Shown in pieces: positions 31,333 through 41,317 of a stretch of DNA of 64,000 nt. The notes under the pieces are model-generated. The model was not told the DNA's origin. It ran no database searches and saw nothing but the letters and a program-made list of their open reading frames with translations. The DNA is from Bacteroidota bacterium. GTDB taxonomy: Bacteria > Bacteroidota > Bacteroidia > Chitinophagales > BACL12. The stretch covers positions 171,351 through 235,350 of the forward strand of contig JADKAC010000002.1 of NCBI GenBank assembly GCA_016715425.1, written 5' to 3'. A program made the translations under genes and the position numbers. Each line of letters starts with the position of its first letter. The first letter of the stretch is position 1.

Positions 31333-31364
31333 AAATTTTATTTCTCTATTTTCAAATTATCCTA

Positions 31365-32378
31365 TTAATATCTTGGGCAAGGTAAAATATAATTTTCAGG
31401 TAACACAGGAAGAATACAACCGGTGTAAACAAGTGATACTTCAAATCCACCACTACCATTTGTAGCTACATCTAAACCGGAAGTATTTACATCATAACTA
31501 AATCCGAATTTAAAGTTTTTATAATCTATTGCTACCATCGGAATCAGTGCATCACCATTTCTCAAATAAGCTCCTGCATAAATAGTGGCAGGGAAATTAG
31601 GATTGCGCATAAAGTATCCGATCTCAGCACCAAACAACATTTCTGTTGCACCACTTTGACCTTGATACATCACGCCTGGAATCAATGCTAAATTCTTATC
31701 TAAGTTCACAGTGAATTTACCATGAAGAATCATTCTGGTTCCTAAACTATTTCCCTGATCATCTAAAAAAGTTTCTGTTGGAGAAGTCAGGTGATTTGCT
31801 GCAGCGCCAACTTCCATTGCAAACGATTCAGAGAATCTTCCTTTATAAACTAAACCAAAATTCAAATCAATATTATTGATGTTATCACCTTGATAAGGTT
31901 CGAAGTTTGGAATGGCTGTATTAAAAGAAGTACCATCGAATTGATTACCAAATTGAAGATTCGCCCAGTCTAATTTCTTCTGAGAAAAACCAACTTGCAA
32001 TCCGCCGGATAAATATTGGTTAGTCCCCAATTGCATATGGTAAGCAGTGGAAGCTAAAACCGATAAGTTGGAAAGATTTCCATCACCGGACACATCGTTA
32101 TAAATATAAATTCCGACCGCTAAGTTATCAGTACCTCTGATGCCTTTTATAACAGGGGCATCTGCAAATACGGAAAAGGTTTCGTATTTGGCCGGTATGC
32201 TACCCCATTGGTTGCGATAGTTTGCGCCTGCTCGCCAGTCGCATGCATAGTTTCCGGTAAGTGCCGGATTCAATTGTAACGGTGCAGCATTAAACTGCGA
32301 AAAATGGATGTCCTGTGCAGATGCTGCAAGCGACCCCATCACAAAAATTGCTACTAAAAATTTGTTGAAGTTTGCCAT
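31365..32378 (-). CDS. PorP/SprF-family type IX secretion system membrane protein
   Basis: QDIHFSQFNAAPLQLNPALTG...YRNQWGSIPAKYETFS is the family signature. 337 aa beta-barrel pattern. Confidence 0.9.
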   Translation of the reverse strand: MANFNKFLVAIFVMGSLAASAQDIHFSQFNAAPLQLNPALTGNYACDWRAGANYRNQWGSIPAKYETFSVFADAPVIKGIRGTDNLAVGIYIYNDVSGDGNLSNLSVLASTAYHMQLGTNQYLSGGLQVGFSQKKLDWANLQFGNQFDGTSFNTAIPNFEPYQGDNINNIDLNFGLVYKGRFSESFAMEVGAAANHLTSPTETFLDDQGNSLGTRMILHGKFTVNLDKNLALIPGVMYQGQSGATEMLFGAEIGYFMRNPNFPATIYAGAYLRNGDALIPMVAIDYKNFKFGFSYDVNTSGLDVATNGSGGFEVSLVYTGCILPVLPENYILPCPRY

Positions 32379-32389
32379 GTAATCGATTT

Positions 32390-34270
32390 TTATCTAAGTA
32401 AAGTAATTGTTCCTGTTAATTTAAATTGATTGTTCTTTTCGTCAATCCCCACAAATATATAAATGTAAGAACCAACTTCCTGTTCTTTGCCTAAATAAGT
32501 ACCATCCCAGGCATCAGAAAAGTTTGTTCCGGTGAATACTAAAGTACCCCACCTATCATAAATTTCAAAAGAAATCATATCCATATCCCGTATTGGAATA
32601 GCCTTTACGGTCTCATTCATTCCATCTCCGTTTGGTGAAAATGCATTTGGAATATTTACGAGTTCTTCAAATAATACTACAACTGTCATTGAATCTGAAT
32701 CTATACATCCAAATTCATTTATCACAGTTACAGTATATGTAGTTGTTTCTTCAGGATTCGCTTTTGGATTTGAAATATTAGCATCGCTTAATCCAATAGT
32801 AGGTTCCCAAGTATATGTTACTCCGCCGCTGGCATTTAAAGTGGTGGATGAGCCATAATAAATTATCTGATCTAATCCCGCATTTGCCACAGGTATCGGT
32901 GTATAAATTACCACAGTATCTGTTGCCACACAACCAAAAAATACACCTGTTGCAACTATATAAGTAGTGTCAAATACAGTGGCTATTACTGTATCTCCTT
33001 CAAAGTAATCAAAGGCTTCGGCAGGCGACCAGAAAGTAACATTTGCACCTGTTGCATATAATTCGACAGGGACGCCGGGACACACGGTTGTTTCTTCCGG
33101 CCAAGCATCTAATGGGAAATAGTCATTCATATAAATGAGAATAGAATCGCCGGAGCTAATTGCGCAAGCTAATTCACCAGTTATAGAAATAAATTCAAGG
33201 CCTTCGGTTATTCCATCTAAATACACTTCGATAGGAACAATAATTATTGAATCCCCAGGATAGAAAATTACTATTTCCGGCATTGTAGAATAATCAACAC
33301 CATTTGTTGCTGTACCTGTAATTTCAAGATTTACAATTAAAGTATCCAGTGTTGGAGACGCAAGACTAAATGTAAGTTGCCCATGATTACATCCTTCAAT
33401 TAATTCAGGATAACCATCAATATCATAATCATATCCAATAGTAACACCGGTGCTACTTAAACTACCTGCACGAATAAACACCCCGGAATCCAGTGCGCCA
33501 TCACCCATATCACTTACAGCAAGTTTAAGATGATAGGTTTCACATGGAGTAACATGCGCTGCGGCAGTTAGCACTGTTGTAAATCCATCATATTGAATAT
33601 AAAAATCATCAGTAGAGTATGGCGAAGTAAAACCAGTACCATTTTCTACATAAAATTCTTCATAGCTGGTAGAGTTCACATTATTTATTGAAACCGGAAT
33701 AGTTGTCCCGGGAATTAATGCAATATTTTGAGTACCCACAATACCAGGTCCACTTATAAAGAATCCAAATGCATCATTGAAAGAGGATCCTACATATTCA
33801 AGATATTCTTCAGAGCCAAACACATATTCAAATTTTATTGAATCGGAAGTTACTGTTACATCAAATTCTAAAACACATGCATCATTGGAAGTATATCCCG
33901 GAACTAAGTCTTCCAAATCTGAATCTCCGGGACCTGTTCCTGGACCTGTCATGCTTCCTGAATTATTTGGCCCTTCCACCATTGAAGCACTACCTGAAGT
34001 AAGAAGAATTCCAGCATCCATTCCTAAACTACAATCCACACATTCAAACGAACCTGCGCCATCACTAACACAAGTGAATTCAACTCCACTGATTGTTACA
34101 CCAGCACCAACTAATAAGGCAGCAAGCTCTTCAGGTGTTGGCGTATCATCTATTTCAATTTGAGCTTGAAGAATAGAGCTATGAAAGCAAAGAACAAACC
34201 CAATACTAAAAACAAAAATTATTTTCAGTAAAGAAATATGTTTCATCTGTAATTGCAAAATTGCTTTCAT
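32390..34270 (-). CDS. choice-of-anchor-L domain adhesin with Ig-like repeats and T9SS type-B (CHU_C / gliding-motility C-terminal) sorting domain
   Basis: N-terminal LVGAGVTISG...GILLTSGSA...NDACVLEFD...FEYVFGSEEYLEYVGSSFNDAFGFFISGPG. C-terminal NAFSPNGDGMNE...YDRWGTLVF...WDGTYLG...GSYIY. The start may be MKHISLL (34246). Confidence 0.85.
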   Translation of the reverse strand: MKAILQLQMKHISLLKIIFVFSIGFVLCFHSSILQAQIEIDDTPTPEELAALLVGAGVTISGVEFTCVSDGAGSFECVDCSLGMDAGILLTSGSASMVEGPNNSGSMTGPGTGPGDSDLEDLVPGYTSNDACVLEFDVTVTSDSIKFEYVFGSEEYLEYVGSSFNDAFGFFISGPGIVGTQNIALIPGTTIPVSINNVNSTSYEEFYVENGTGFTSPYSTDDFYIQYDGFTTVLTAAAHVTPCETYHLKLAVSDMGDGALDSGVFIRAGSLSSTGVTIGYDYDIDGYPELIEGCNHGQLTFSLASPTLDTLIVNLEITGTATNGVDYSTMPEIVIFYPGDSIIIVPIEVYLDGITEGLEFISITGELACAISSGDSILIYMNDYFPLDAWPEETTVCPGVPVELYATGANVTFWSPAEAFDYFEGDTVIATVFDTTYIVATGVFFGCVATDTVVIYTPIPVANAGLDQIIYYGSSTTLNASGGVTYTWEPTIGLSDANISNPKANPEETTTYTVTVINEFGCIDSDSMTVVVLFEELVNIPNAFSPNGDGMNETVKAIPIRDMDMISFEIYDRWGTLVFTGTNFSDAWDGTYLGKEQEVGSYIYIFVGIDEKNNQFKLTGTITLLR

Positions 34271-34295
34271 AATATCCGTTTTAAATACAGTTATC

Positions 34296-36629
34296 TTATC
34301 TCACTAAAGTAAAAGCTCCGCTATATGTATAGCCTTTACCTACCAAATCTGTTAAAGTCATTAAATATACATAAGAGCCCAAAGGCTGTTCATCACCATT
34401 TAATTTACCATCCCAACCACGACCTTGAGTTGCTCCCAAAGCGTCGGGGTCACTTGTAGTATAAAGTATTTCTCCCCAGCGATTGTAAATACTAAATTCA
34501 AATTGTGCTACATCACCTCTGCTGAAAGCAGAATAAAAATCATTGAAGCCATCACCATTTGGTGAGAATGCATTCGGGAAAACAACTAGTGGTTTATCGG
34601 TAACATATACAATAACAGTATCACTTGAAAAACATCCTGCTTCAGAAAGTACAGAAAGTACAAATGCTGTAGTTTCATTTGGTGTGGCAAGTGTATTCAA
34701 AGAATTAGGATTTGATAGTGGATCTTCCGGCGACCATGAAAAATCACCTCCGCCAATTCCATTTAAGAATGCTGTCTCACCCAAATAAATAATTGTATCA
34801 TAACCTGCAAATGCCACAGGCACCGGATCTAATTCAACTAATACCTCTGCCGTATTAATACATCCGTTTGCATCCGTAGCAGTAACTGTTAACTCACTTG
34901 TTTCAAACACCGTAATCACGGCATTAGCAATATTTGGATTATTAATATTATCTGAAGGATTCCACACATAACTCACTCCGCCGTTTGCAAATAACTGCAC
35001 AGGTTCTCCATAACAAACCAAAGTATCAGGCCCTGCCAAAACTGTTGGCAATGGATTTACAGTGATTGTAAGATCAGCATCATTCGTACATCCAAAAGGA
35101 TCAGTAACAATTACAGTATAAATAGTCGTAGTGATTGGATCTGCAGTTGGGTTTGCAATATTCGGATTGCTTAAAGTAGTTGTTGGTGTCCATACATAAG
35201 CAACACCACCTGCGGCAGTAATTGTTATTTCATCACCAATACAAATCTCATCATCTCCACTGGTTGTAATTGTTGGTCCGGGAGAAACATCTACCGGCAC
35301 TTCAATTTCTTTTTCGCAAGTTCCCACCTGCGTATAAACTGTATATACTGTAGAACCAACAGGAGTTGCAATAGTGGAAGCACTATCCGGATCACTAAGC
35401 GTTGCCGGAGGTGACCATTCATATCCCAGACCGCCAGAGGCTGTGAGTGTTACACTTGTTCCATTACAAATAGTAGTATCAGCAGGTGAGGCTTCTAAAG
35501 GAATATCATCATAAATAAATACTACAATAGAATCTGAAAGATCTGCAGAGCAACCAAATTCAAGAGCCACAATTATAGTTTCACCACCTTCAGTAATTCC
35601 ATCATCAGAAACTATTATTGGAAAAGAAGCCATAGTTTCTCCGGGTAAAAAAACAATACTATCCGGAAGAGCAGTATAGTCAACACCGGGTGTTGCAGTT
35701 CCGCTAACCACAAAATAAGTAACGAAAGTATCTATTGGTGCAAATGAAAGATTTACATTGAAAGAACCGTTTACACATCCTTCAATTAAGTAGGGATAAC
35801 CTTCAATTTCAGGCTCCACATCTACAACTATTCCGGGGCTTGATAAACTACCAGCCTTAATAAAAACGCCGGAATCAAGTGCGCCATCTCCCATATCACT
35901 TATCGCTAGTTTCAGATGATATGTTTCGCAAGGAATTACACCGGCAACTGCTGTTAATACAGTGGTTAAACCATCATATTGAACATAATAATCATCGGAA
36001 TCATACGGTGAAGTATAACCATCACCATTATCTACATAGTATTCAGAATAACTGGTGGAATTAACATTATTGATAGAAACGGCTGTGGTAGTTCCGGGAA
36101 TTAATGCAATATTTTCTAAGCCTGTAATACCGGGGCCACTTATAAAAAATCCGAATACATCATTATAACTGGAACCCACAAATTCAAGATATTCTTCTGA
36201 GCCAAACACATATTCAAATTTTATAGAGTCAGAAGTTACAACCATATCAAACTCTAAAACACAAGCATCATTGGAAGTAAATCCTGGTACTAAATCTTCA
36301 AGATCATCATCGCCGGGTCCTGTTCCTGGTCCGGTAGCACTTCCAGTATTATTTGGTCCTTCTATTATTGTTGCTCCTCCAGATGTGAGAACAATTCCTG
36401 AATCAATTCCTAAACTGCAATCAATACATGCAAAAGAGCCGGAACCTCCGGTAAAACATGTAAGCTCGGCTCCACTAATTGTAACTCCTGCGCCTACTAA
36501 TATTGCGGCAAGTTCTTCTGCAGTGGGTGAATCGTCTGCTTCAATCTGTGCTTGAAGTTTTAAGCTAAAACCAAAAATTATGATTATAGCGATAACCCTT
36601 AAAATACTCTCAGACTTAAATAAGTACAT
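34296..36629 (-). CDS. choice-of-anchor-L domain adhesin, longer paralog of the downstream gene, T9SS type-B sorting domain
   Basis: The N-terminal roughly 290 aa appear largely identical by eye to the 626-aa neighbour. More W-x-P...NPNIANP...TT-YTV Ig-like repeats. C-terminal PNAFSPNGDGFNDF...YNRWGEILY...WDGKLNG...GSYVY. Confidence 0.85.
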   Translation of the reverse strand: MYLFKSESILRVIAIIIIFGFSLKLQAQIEADDSPTAEELAAILVGAGVTISGAELTCFTGGSGSFACIDCSLGIDSGIVLTSGGATIIEGPNNTGSATGPGTGPGDDDLEDLVPGFTSNDACVLEFDMVVTSDSIKFEYVFGSEEYLEFVGSSYNDVFGFFISGPGITGLENIALIPGTTTAVSINNVNSTSYSEYYVDNGDGYTSPYDSDDYYVQYDGLTTVLTAVAGVIPCETYHLKLAISDMGDGALDSGVFIKAGSLSSPGIVVDVEPEIEGYPYLIEGCVNGSFNVNLSFAPIDTFVTYFVVSGTATPGVDYTALPDSIVFLPGETMASFPIIVSDDGITEGGETIIVALEFGCSADLSDSIVVFIYDDIPLEASPADTTICNGTSVTLTASGGLGYEWSPPATLSDPDSASTIATPVGSTVYTVYTQVGTCEKEIEVPVDVSPGPTITTSGDDEICIGDEITITAAGGVAYVWTPTTTLSNPNIANPTADPITTTIYTVIVTDPFGCTNDADLTITVNPLPTVLAGPDTLVCYGEPVQLFANGGVSYVWNPSDNINNPNIANAVITVFETSELTVTATDANGCINTAEVLVELDPVPVAFAGYDTIIYLGETAFLNGIGGGDFSWSPEDPLSNPNSLNTLATPNETTAFVLSVLSEAGCFSSDTVIVYVTDKPLVVFPNAFSPNGDGFNDFYSAFSRGDVAQFEFSIYNRWGEILYTTSDPDALGATQGRGWDGKLNGDEQPLGSYVYLMTLTDLVGKGYTYSGAFTLVR

Positions 36630-36760
36630 GAAACTTCTCTATTTAATATTTTTTAATTGAATTTCAAACTTACAAAAATTTAAGAAGAAAGGACTGTATT
36701 GCAATGCTTTGCTAAAGCCTTTATGACTTAAATATTACTGCTGCTGTAAATAGCAGCCTA

Positions 36761-38056
36761 TTAAACAGTTGCTTTTTTATTTCTATAGTATAAAACCCAC
36801 ATAAATGCTAATCCGAAAAAAATAAATGCTACAGAAATAAATTCTGCTTGAGTTGCTCTAATACCCATAAACTCCATCACATTATTTACCCGAATTTTTT
36901 CAATAAAAAATCTTTCTACGCCGGTCATCACAACATAAAATGCCAATATCAAACCCGGTGTTGTCCATCGGCTGCGCAAAAACATCAGCAATAAGAAAAT
37001 AGCAACCGCCATTATGGTTTCATACATCGGTGTTGGAAAAACGGCAATCGGCAACATCGCACACCATTCACCTTCACAACCTTCGATAGGAATTCCATCC
37101 TCATTTACATTGTGCGCATAATTTTGAGCTACAGTCCATCGGGGTAAAAATCCGGGAGCTTTAAATGATTTTGAAGGAACCTGACCTATGTTTTCAAATT
37201 CATATAAGAAATAATTTTTGTGGGAGTCTAATACAGAATCAAATTCACCTGCCGCCGCAACTTTTATTGAACCATCCGGATTTGAAATATAAGCGCTATT
37301 ATAAATTCCCCAATCACCATCGCCGGCAGTTTGACAACCAATTCTGCCGATACCATAAGCAAGAATTATTGCGGGTGCAATTGCATCACCAAGATGTAAT
37401 ACATTTATTTTTTTTCGTACTGCATAATAAATTACAGAAGCTGCACCAAGTATTAATCCTCCATAAATTGTAAGTCCGCTGAAAAAATTTCCCATCGGGT
37501 CTTTAATAAATTGTTCCCAACCACCGGGTTCTTCAAAGTTTGAAAATATTTTAGCTCCAAGTATTCCACTTACTGCTGCAATTATAGTGATGTCGCCAAC
37601 TCGCTGATGCGGATATACATCCACTATTTTTTGTTCGGGTTTTGGCAGTTGTTGTTTTTTCTGTTCGTAATATTTTAAATATCCCAACAGCCCTGCGCCT
37701 ATAATTCCACCGATAATATTTCCCGAACCGGAAAACATAAATGCTTGGGGATTATCTACGAAAGTATTGTAATCTAAAACAACCGCACCCAATTTATATC
37801 CCAATATAAAACCCAGAATTACATTCCACGCAATATCCATTGTTTTGGGTGGCTCGCCAACAGTAATTTTTACTTTTTGAGGTTTTAATAATCCCAATTT
37901 TTCTTTGCGTTGCAATTCACGGGTTAATACATAAGCAGCAACTAAAAATGCCATTGCTACAAAAAATCCAAAAGAAAAAATCGGCAACTTTAAATGTGTG
38001 CCGAATAAATAATTTATTAATTCTGAAATGGTGGCAAACGCTCTGAGAAGAATCAT
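36761..38056 (-). CDS. lgt: Lgt-family (prolipoprotein diacylglyceryl transferase-like) membrane protein, unusually long
   Basis: Lgt-like blocks YGGLILG, GIGRIGCQ and FPTPMYE in polytopic context. 431 aa versus roughly 270-290 typical. Its start overlaps the mtaB stop (ATGA). Confidence 0.55.
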   Translation of the reverse strand: MILLRAFATISELINYLFGTHLKLPIFSFGFFVAMAFLVAAYVLTRELQRKEKLGLLKPQKVKITVGEPPKTMDIAWNVILGFILGYKLGAVVLDYNTFVDNPQAFMFSGSGNIIGGIIGAGLLGYLKYYEQKKQQLPKPEQKIVDVYPHQRVGDITIIAAVSGILGAKIFSNFEEPGGWEQFIKDPMGNFFSGLTIYGGLILGAASVIYYAVRKKINVLHLGDAIAPAIILAYGIGRIGCQTAGDGDWGIYNSAYISNPDGSIKVAAAGEFDSVLDSHKNYFLYEFENIGQVPSKSFKAPGFLPRWTVAQNYAHNVNEDGIPIEGCEGEWCAMLPIAVFPTPMYETIMAVAIFLLLMFLRSRWTTPGLILAFYVVMTGVERFFIEKIRVNNVMEFMGIRATQAEFISVAFIFFGLAFMWVLYYRNKKATV

Positions 38057-39417
38057 GCAGTATATAATTTATTTTTCTGAATTGTTGTAGTGTGATTTAA
38101 ATTTTCGGGAAGTGGATTACACCACATATCGCCATCGGAATCTATTTGTAATAATTCTGCTTGGCAAACTTCATTCACCAACATCGGATCGTATTGTGTT
38201 TTCACCCGAATATAATTATCTGTAAAACCAAACATGATATCGCCATTTGATTCGGCTTCAAACAATACTGATCTTGTGGTTCCAACAAATTGCTCATAAA
38301 AATATCTGCGCTTTTTTATACTCAGATTTATTAATTGTTGCGTGCGCTCATCTCTTACTTTTTTGGGCACAATTCCATCCATAGTAATTGCAGCAGTATT
38401 TGGTCTTTCCGAATAAGTAAACACATGTAAATAGGATATATCGAGCTTGTTTAAAAAATTATATGTTTCTAAAAACTCCGCATCTGTTTCCCCCGGAAAA
38501 CCGGTTATTACATCCACACCAATACAGCAATCCGGCATCAGAGATTTAATTGTATCTAACCGCTCTTCATATAAATTGCTGAGGTAACGGCGACGCATTC
38601 TTTTTAAAATTGTATCGCTTCCCGATTGCAATGGAATATGAAAATGCGGAACAAACTTTTTTGAATTTGCAACGCAAGTAATAATTTCTTTTTGCAACAG
38701 ATTAGGTTCAATGGAAGATATTCTAAATCGCTCGATGCCCTCCACTTTTTCAAGAGCTTGTACTAACTGATAAAAATTTTCTCTATCGTTTTTTTCAACA
38801 CCATCAACCTTTCCGAAGTCGCCGATATTTACTCCTGTTAACACCACTTCTTTCACACCCGAAACAGCAATTTCATTTGCAGCATTTATTATGTGTGCAA
38901 TGGTATCACTTCTGCTTTTACCTCTTGCAAGTGGAATAGTACAGAAGGCACAAGTGTAATCGCAACCATCCTGTACTTTTAAAAATGTGCGGGTGCGATC
39001 GCCAATAGAATATGCAGATTTGAATGCGGTAACCGCATCAATATCTGTTGCAATTGCTTTTCCTTTTTCACGCTTTGTAATATCCTGAAGATGTGCTACC
39101 AGATTAAATTTTTCTGCCGCTCCCAACACGATATCTACTCCGGGAATATTTGCTATTTCTTCCGGTTTCAATTGCGCATAGCAACCGATAACAACTATAA
39201 ATGCATTGGGTGAAAACTTTAATGCCTGCTTCACAATTTTCCGACATTTATTATCCGCATTCTCGGTAACCGAACATGTATTAATTACATACACATCCGC
39301 ACCATTTTGAAACGGCACAGTATCAAAACCCGACTCCTGCATCTGTCTGTTTATGGCAGAAGATTCAGAGTAATTGAGTTTACAACCTAATGTATAAAAT
39401 GCTACTGATTTCGACAT
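38053..39417 (-). CDS. mtaB: radical-SAM tRNA methylthiotransferase (MtaB type)
   Basis: UPF0004 N-domain cysteines (YTLGCKLN, NTCSVT), radical-SAM CDYTCAFCTIP, and a C-terminal TRAM-like region. Confidence 0.85.
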   Translation of the reverse strand: MSKSVAFYTLGCKLNYSESSAINRQMQESGFDTVPFQNGADVYVINTCSVTENADNKCRKIVKQALKFSPNAFIVVIGCYAQLKPEEIANIPGVDIVLGAAEKFNLVAHLQDITKREKGKAIATDIDAVTAFKSAYSIGDRTRTFLKVQDGCDYTCAFCTIPLARGKSRSDTIAHIINAANEIAVSGVKEVVLTGVNIGDFGKVDGVEKNDRENFYQLVQALEKVEGIERFRISSIEPNLLQKEIITCVANSKKFVPHFHIPLQSGSDTILKRMRRRYLSNLYEERLDTIKSLMPDCCIGVDVITGFPGETDAEFLETYNFLNKLDISYLHVFTYSERPNTAAITMDGIVPKKVRDERTQQLINLSIKKRRYFYEQFVGTTRSVLFEAESNGDIMFGFTDNYIRVKTQYDPMLVNEVCQAELLQIDSDGDMWCNPLPENLNHTTTIQKNKLYTA

Positions 39418-39482
39418 GTGAACGGCAAAGTTACCAAATTACAAAGAGCAAACAGGCCGCAACACTTCGCTATATTTGCCAC

Positions 39483-40241
39483 ATGGAATTTCTGTTTAAA
39501 GGTTATCGTTTCGACATGGAACATCCATTAGATATTTCTACGCCGTTACACACTGATAAAAATCAGATTAATTGCTACTATGCGCCACCATTTAATGCGA
39601 CACCGGTTGTAATGGGAAATTTTATCGGCGATATTAATCAAGGTGGTTCGGTGAATTATAAAAATGTAGAATTAAATCCGCATGGCAATGGAACACATAC
39701 CGAGTGTGTAGCACATATTTCAAATTTAAATATCACTATTAATAAAGCATTAATTCAATTTCATTTTCTTGCATTATTAATTAGTGTGCATCCTGAAATT
39801 GCTAAAAACGGTGATAGTATTATTTCGGCAACAAGTGTAATAGATAAAATAAAAATTATCCCCGAAGCATTAATAGTTAGAACATTGCCAAACAAAAAAG
39901 ATAAATTGCAAAAACAATATTCAGGAACAAATCCAACTTACTTTGAACCGGCATTATTTCAATGGGCAGCAGAAAATAATATTCAACATTTTCTAACTGA
40001 TCTTCCTTCCATAGATCGTGAAGATGATGGCGGTAAATTACTTGCACATCGTGCATTTTTTCAATATCCCGAAGCACCCAGACTACACAGCACTATTACA
40101 GAATTAATTTATGTACCCAACAAAATTCCCGATGGATTATATTTATTAAATCTGCAAATAGCATCCTTCGAACTGGATGCCGCACCTTCTAAACCGGTGT
40201 TGTATAAATTGATTGATGAAAAAGAAATGGGGAGGATGTAA
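39483..40241 (+). CDS. cyclase-family (kynurenine-formamidase-like) protein
   Basis: HGNGTHTECVAH resembles the HxGTHxDxPxH cyclase motif. The ATG at 39483 (MEFLFKGYRF) avoids overlap with mtaB. Confidence 0.55.
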   Translation: MEFLFKGYRFDMEHPLDISTPLHTDKNQINCYYAPPFNATPVVMGNFIGDINQGGSVNYKNVELNPHGNGTHTECVAHISNLNITINKALIQFHFLALLISVHPEIAKNGDSIISATSVIDKIKIIPEALIVRTLPNKKDKLQKQYSGTNPTYFEPALFQWAAENNIQHFLTDLPSIDREDDGGKLLAHRAFFQYPEAPRLHSTITELIYVPNKIPDGLYLLNLQIASFELDAAPSKPVLYKLIDEKEMGRM

Positions 40242-41306
40242 ATGATGGATAATAAACAAAAAAAAGTATTGTTTTTTTATCCCAAGCTTTTCACTTTCAT
40301 ACAAATTGATAAAGAGATTTTAGAAAAACAGTTCGATGTTAAATCATTTGAATTTGGTCCCTCTTCAAAAATATTTACACCTATTTCTTTTATCAAACAA
40401 TTTTTCTTTTTAGTCTGGCAAATTCGAAATACCAAAGTGATTGTTTGCGATTTTGCGGGATATGTGTCCTTTCTTCCTACACTCTTCGGAAAAATATTTA
40501 GTGTACCGACCTTGATGATTTTATGCGGTACAGAATGCTATTCATTTCCAAGTATTCACTATGGAAATTTTAATAAAAAACTCTTAGGACTTTTCACGAG
40601 TTGGTCATATAAAATGGCAACACATTTAGCACCTGTGCATAAAAGTATGGTGTTGAGTAATTACACTTATGACGATAAAGATTTTCCAAAACAAGGCTAC
40701 AGATATTTTTGCCCATTTGCCAATCAACCATTCACAGAATTGAATTACGGATTTAATGCCGAACGATTTTACTATACTGGAATTAATCGTAATCCCAATT
40801 CATTTTTAACAGTTGTAAGCAATTCAGAAGGTTCTACTTTTTACAGAAAAGGATTGGATTTAATTATTGAAGCAGCAAAACAATTACCCGAATTTTCTTT
40901 TACCATTATTGGTAGAGGTGAGAAATTAAATGCTATTGAAAAATCTTCCAACATCACTATTCATCCATGGATACCAAATGAAGAATTAAAAAATTATTAC
41001 AGTGCACATGAATTTTATTTACAGATTTCAATGATTGAAGGATTTCCAAATACACTTGGTGAAGCTATGTTATGTGGATGCATTCCAATCGGCTCAGATG
41101 CAGCCTCTATTCCTGAAATAATTGGTGATTGTGGATTCATTTTAAAGAAAAAAAACAGTGCAATGTTCACTCAACTTTTAAGAGAAGCTTCAATATGTAA
41201 TAAGCAAAACCTCTCACAATGTTCAATGGAAAGAATAAAACAGAATTGGCCTTCTGATAGAAGAGCAAAGGAGTTAATACAAATAGTTTCCGGATCAATT
41301 AAATAA
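40242..41306 (+). CDS. GT-B fold glycosyltransferase (GT4-like)
   Basis: EGFPNTLGEAMLCGCIPIGSD (E-x7-E region). 354 aa. Confidence 0.8.
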   Translation: MMDNKQKKVLFFYPKLFTFIQIDKEILEKQFDVKSFEFGPSSKIFTPISFIKQFFFLVWQIRNTKVIVCDFAGYVSFLPTLFGKIFSVPTLMILCGTECYSFPSIHYGNFNKKLLGLFTSWSYKMATHLAPVHKSMVLSNYTYDDKDFPKQGYRYFCPFANQPFTELNYGFNAERFYYTGINRNPNSFLTVVSNSEGSTFYRKGLDLIIEAAKQLPEFSFTIIGRGEKLNAIEKSSNITIHPWIPNEELKNYYSAHEFYLQISMIEGFPNTLGEAMLCGCIPIGSDAASIPEIIGDCGFILKKKNSAMFTQLLREASICNKQNLSQCSMERIKQNWPSDRRAKELIQIVSGSIK

Positions 41307-41317
41307 TTGATTCAAAT

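Noticed and set aside
33777-34163. A 128-aa antisense ORF within the 626-aa adhesin, with a similar 94-aa antisense ORF (36271..36555) in the paralog.
   Set aside because: The apparent conservation follows from the roughly 80 percent identity of the sense genes. The composition is Pro/Ser-rich, as is typical of antisense reading of Gly/Thr-rich sequence.
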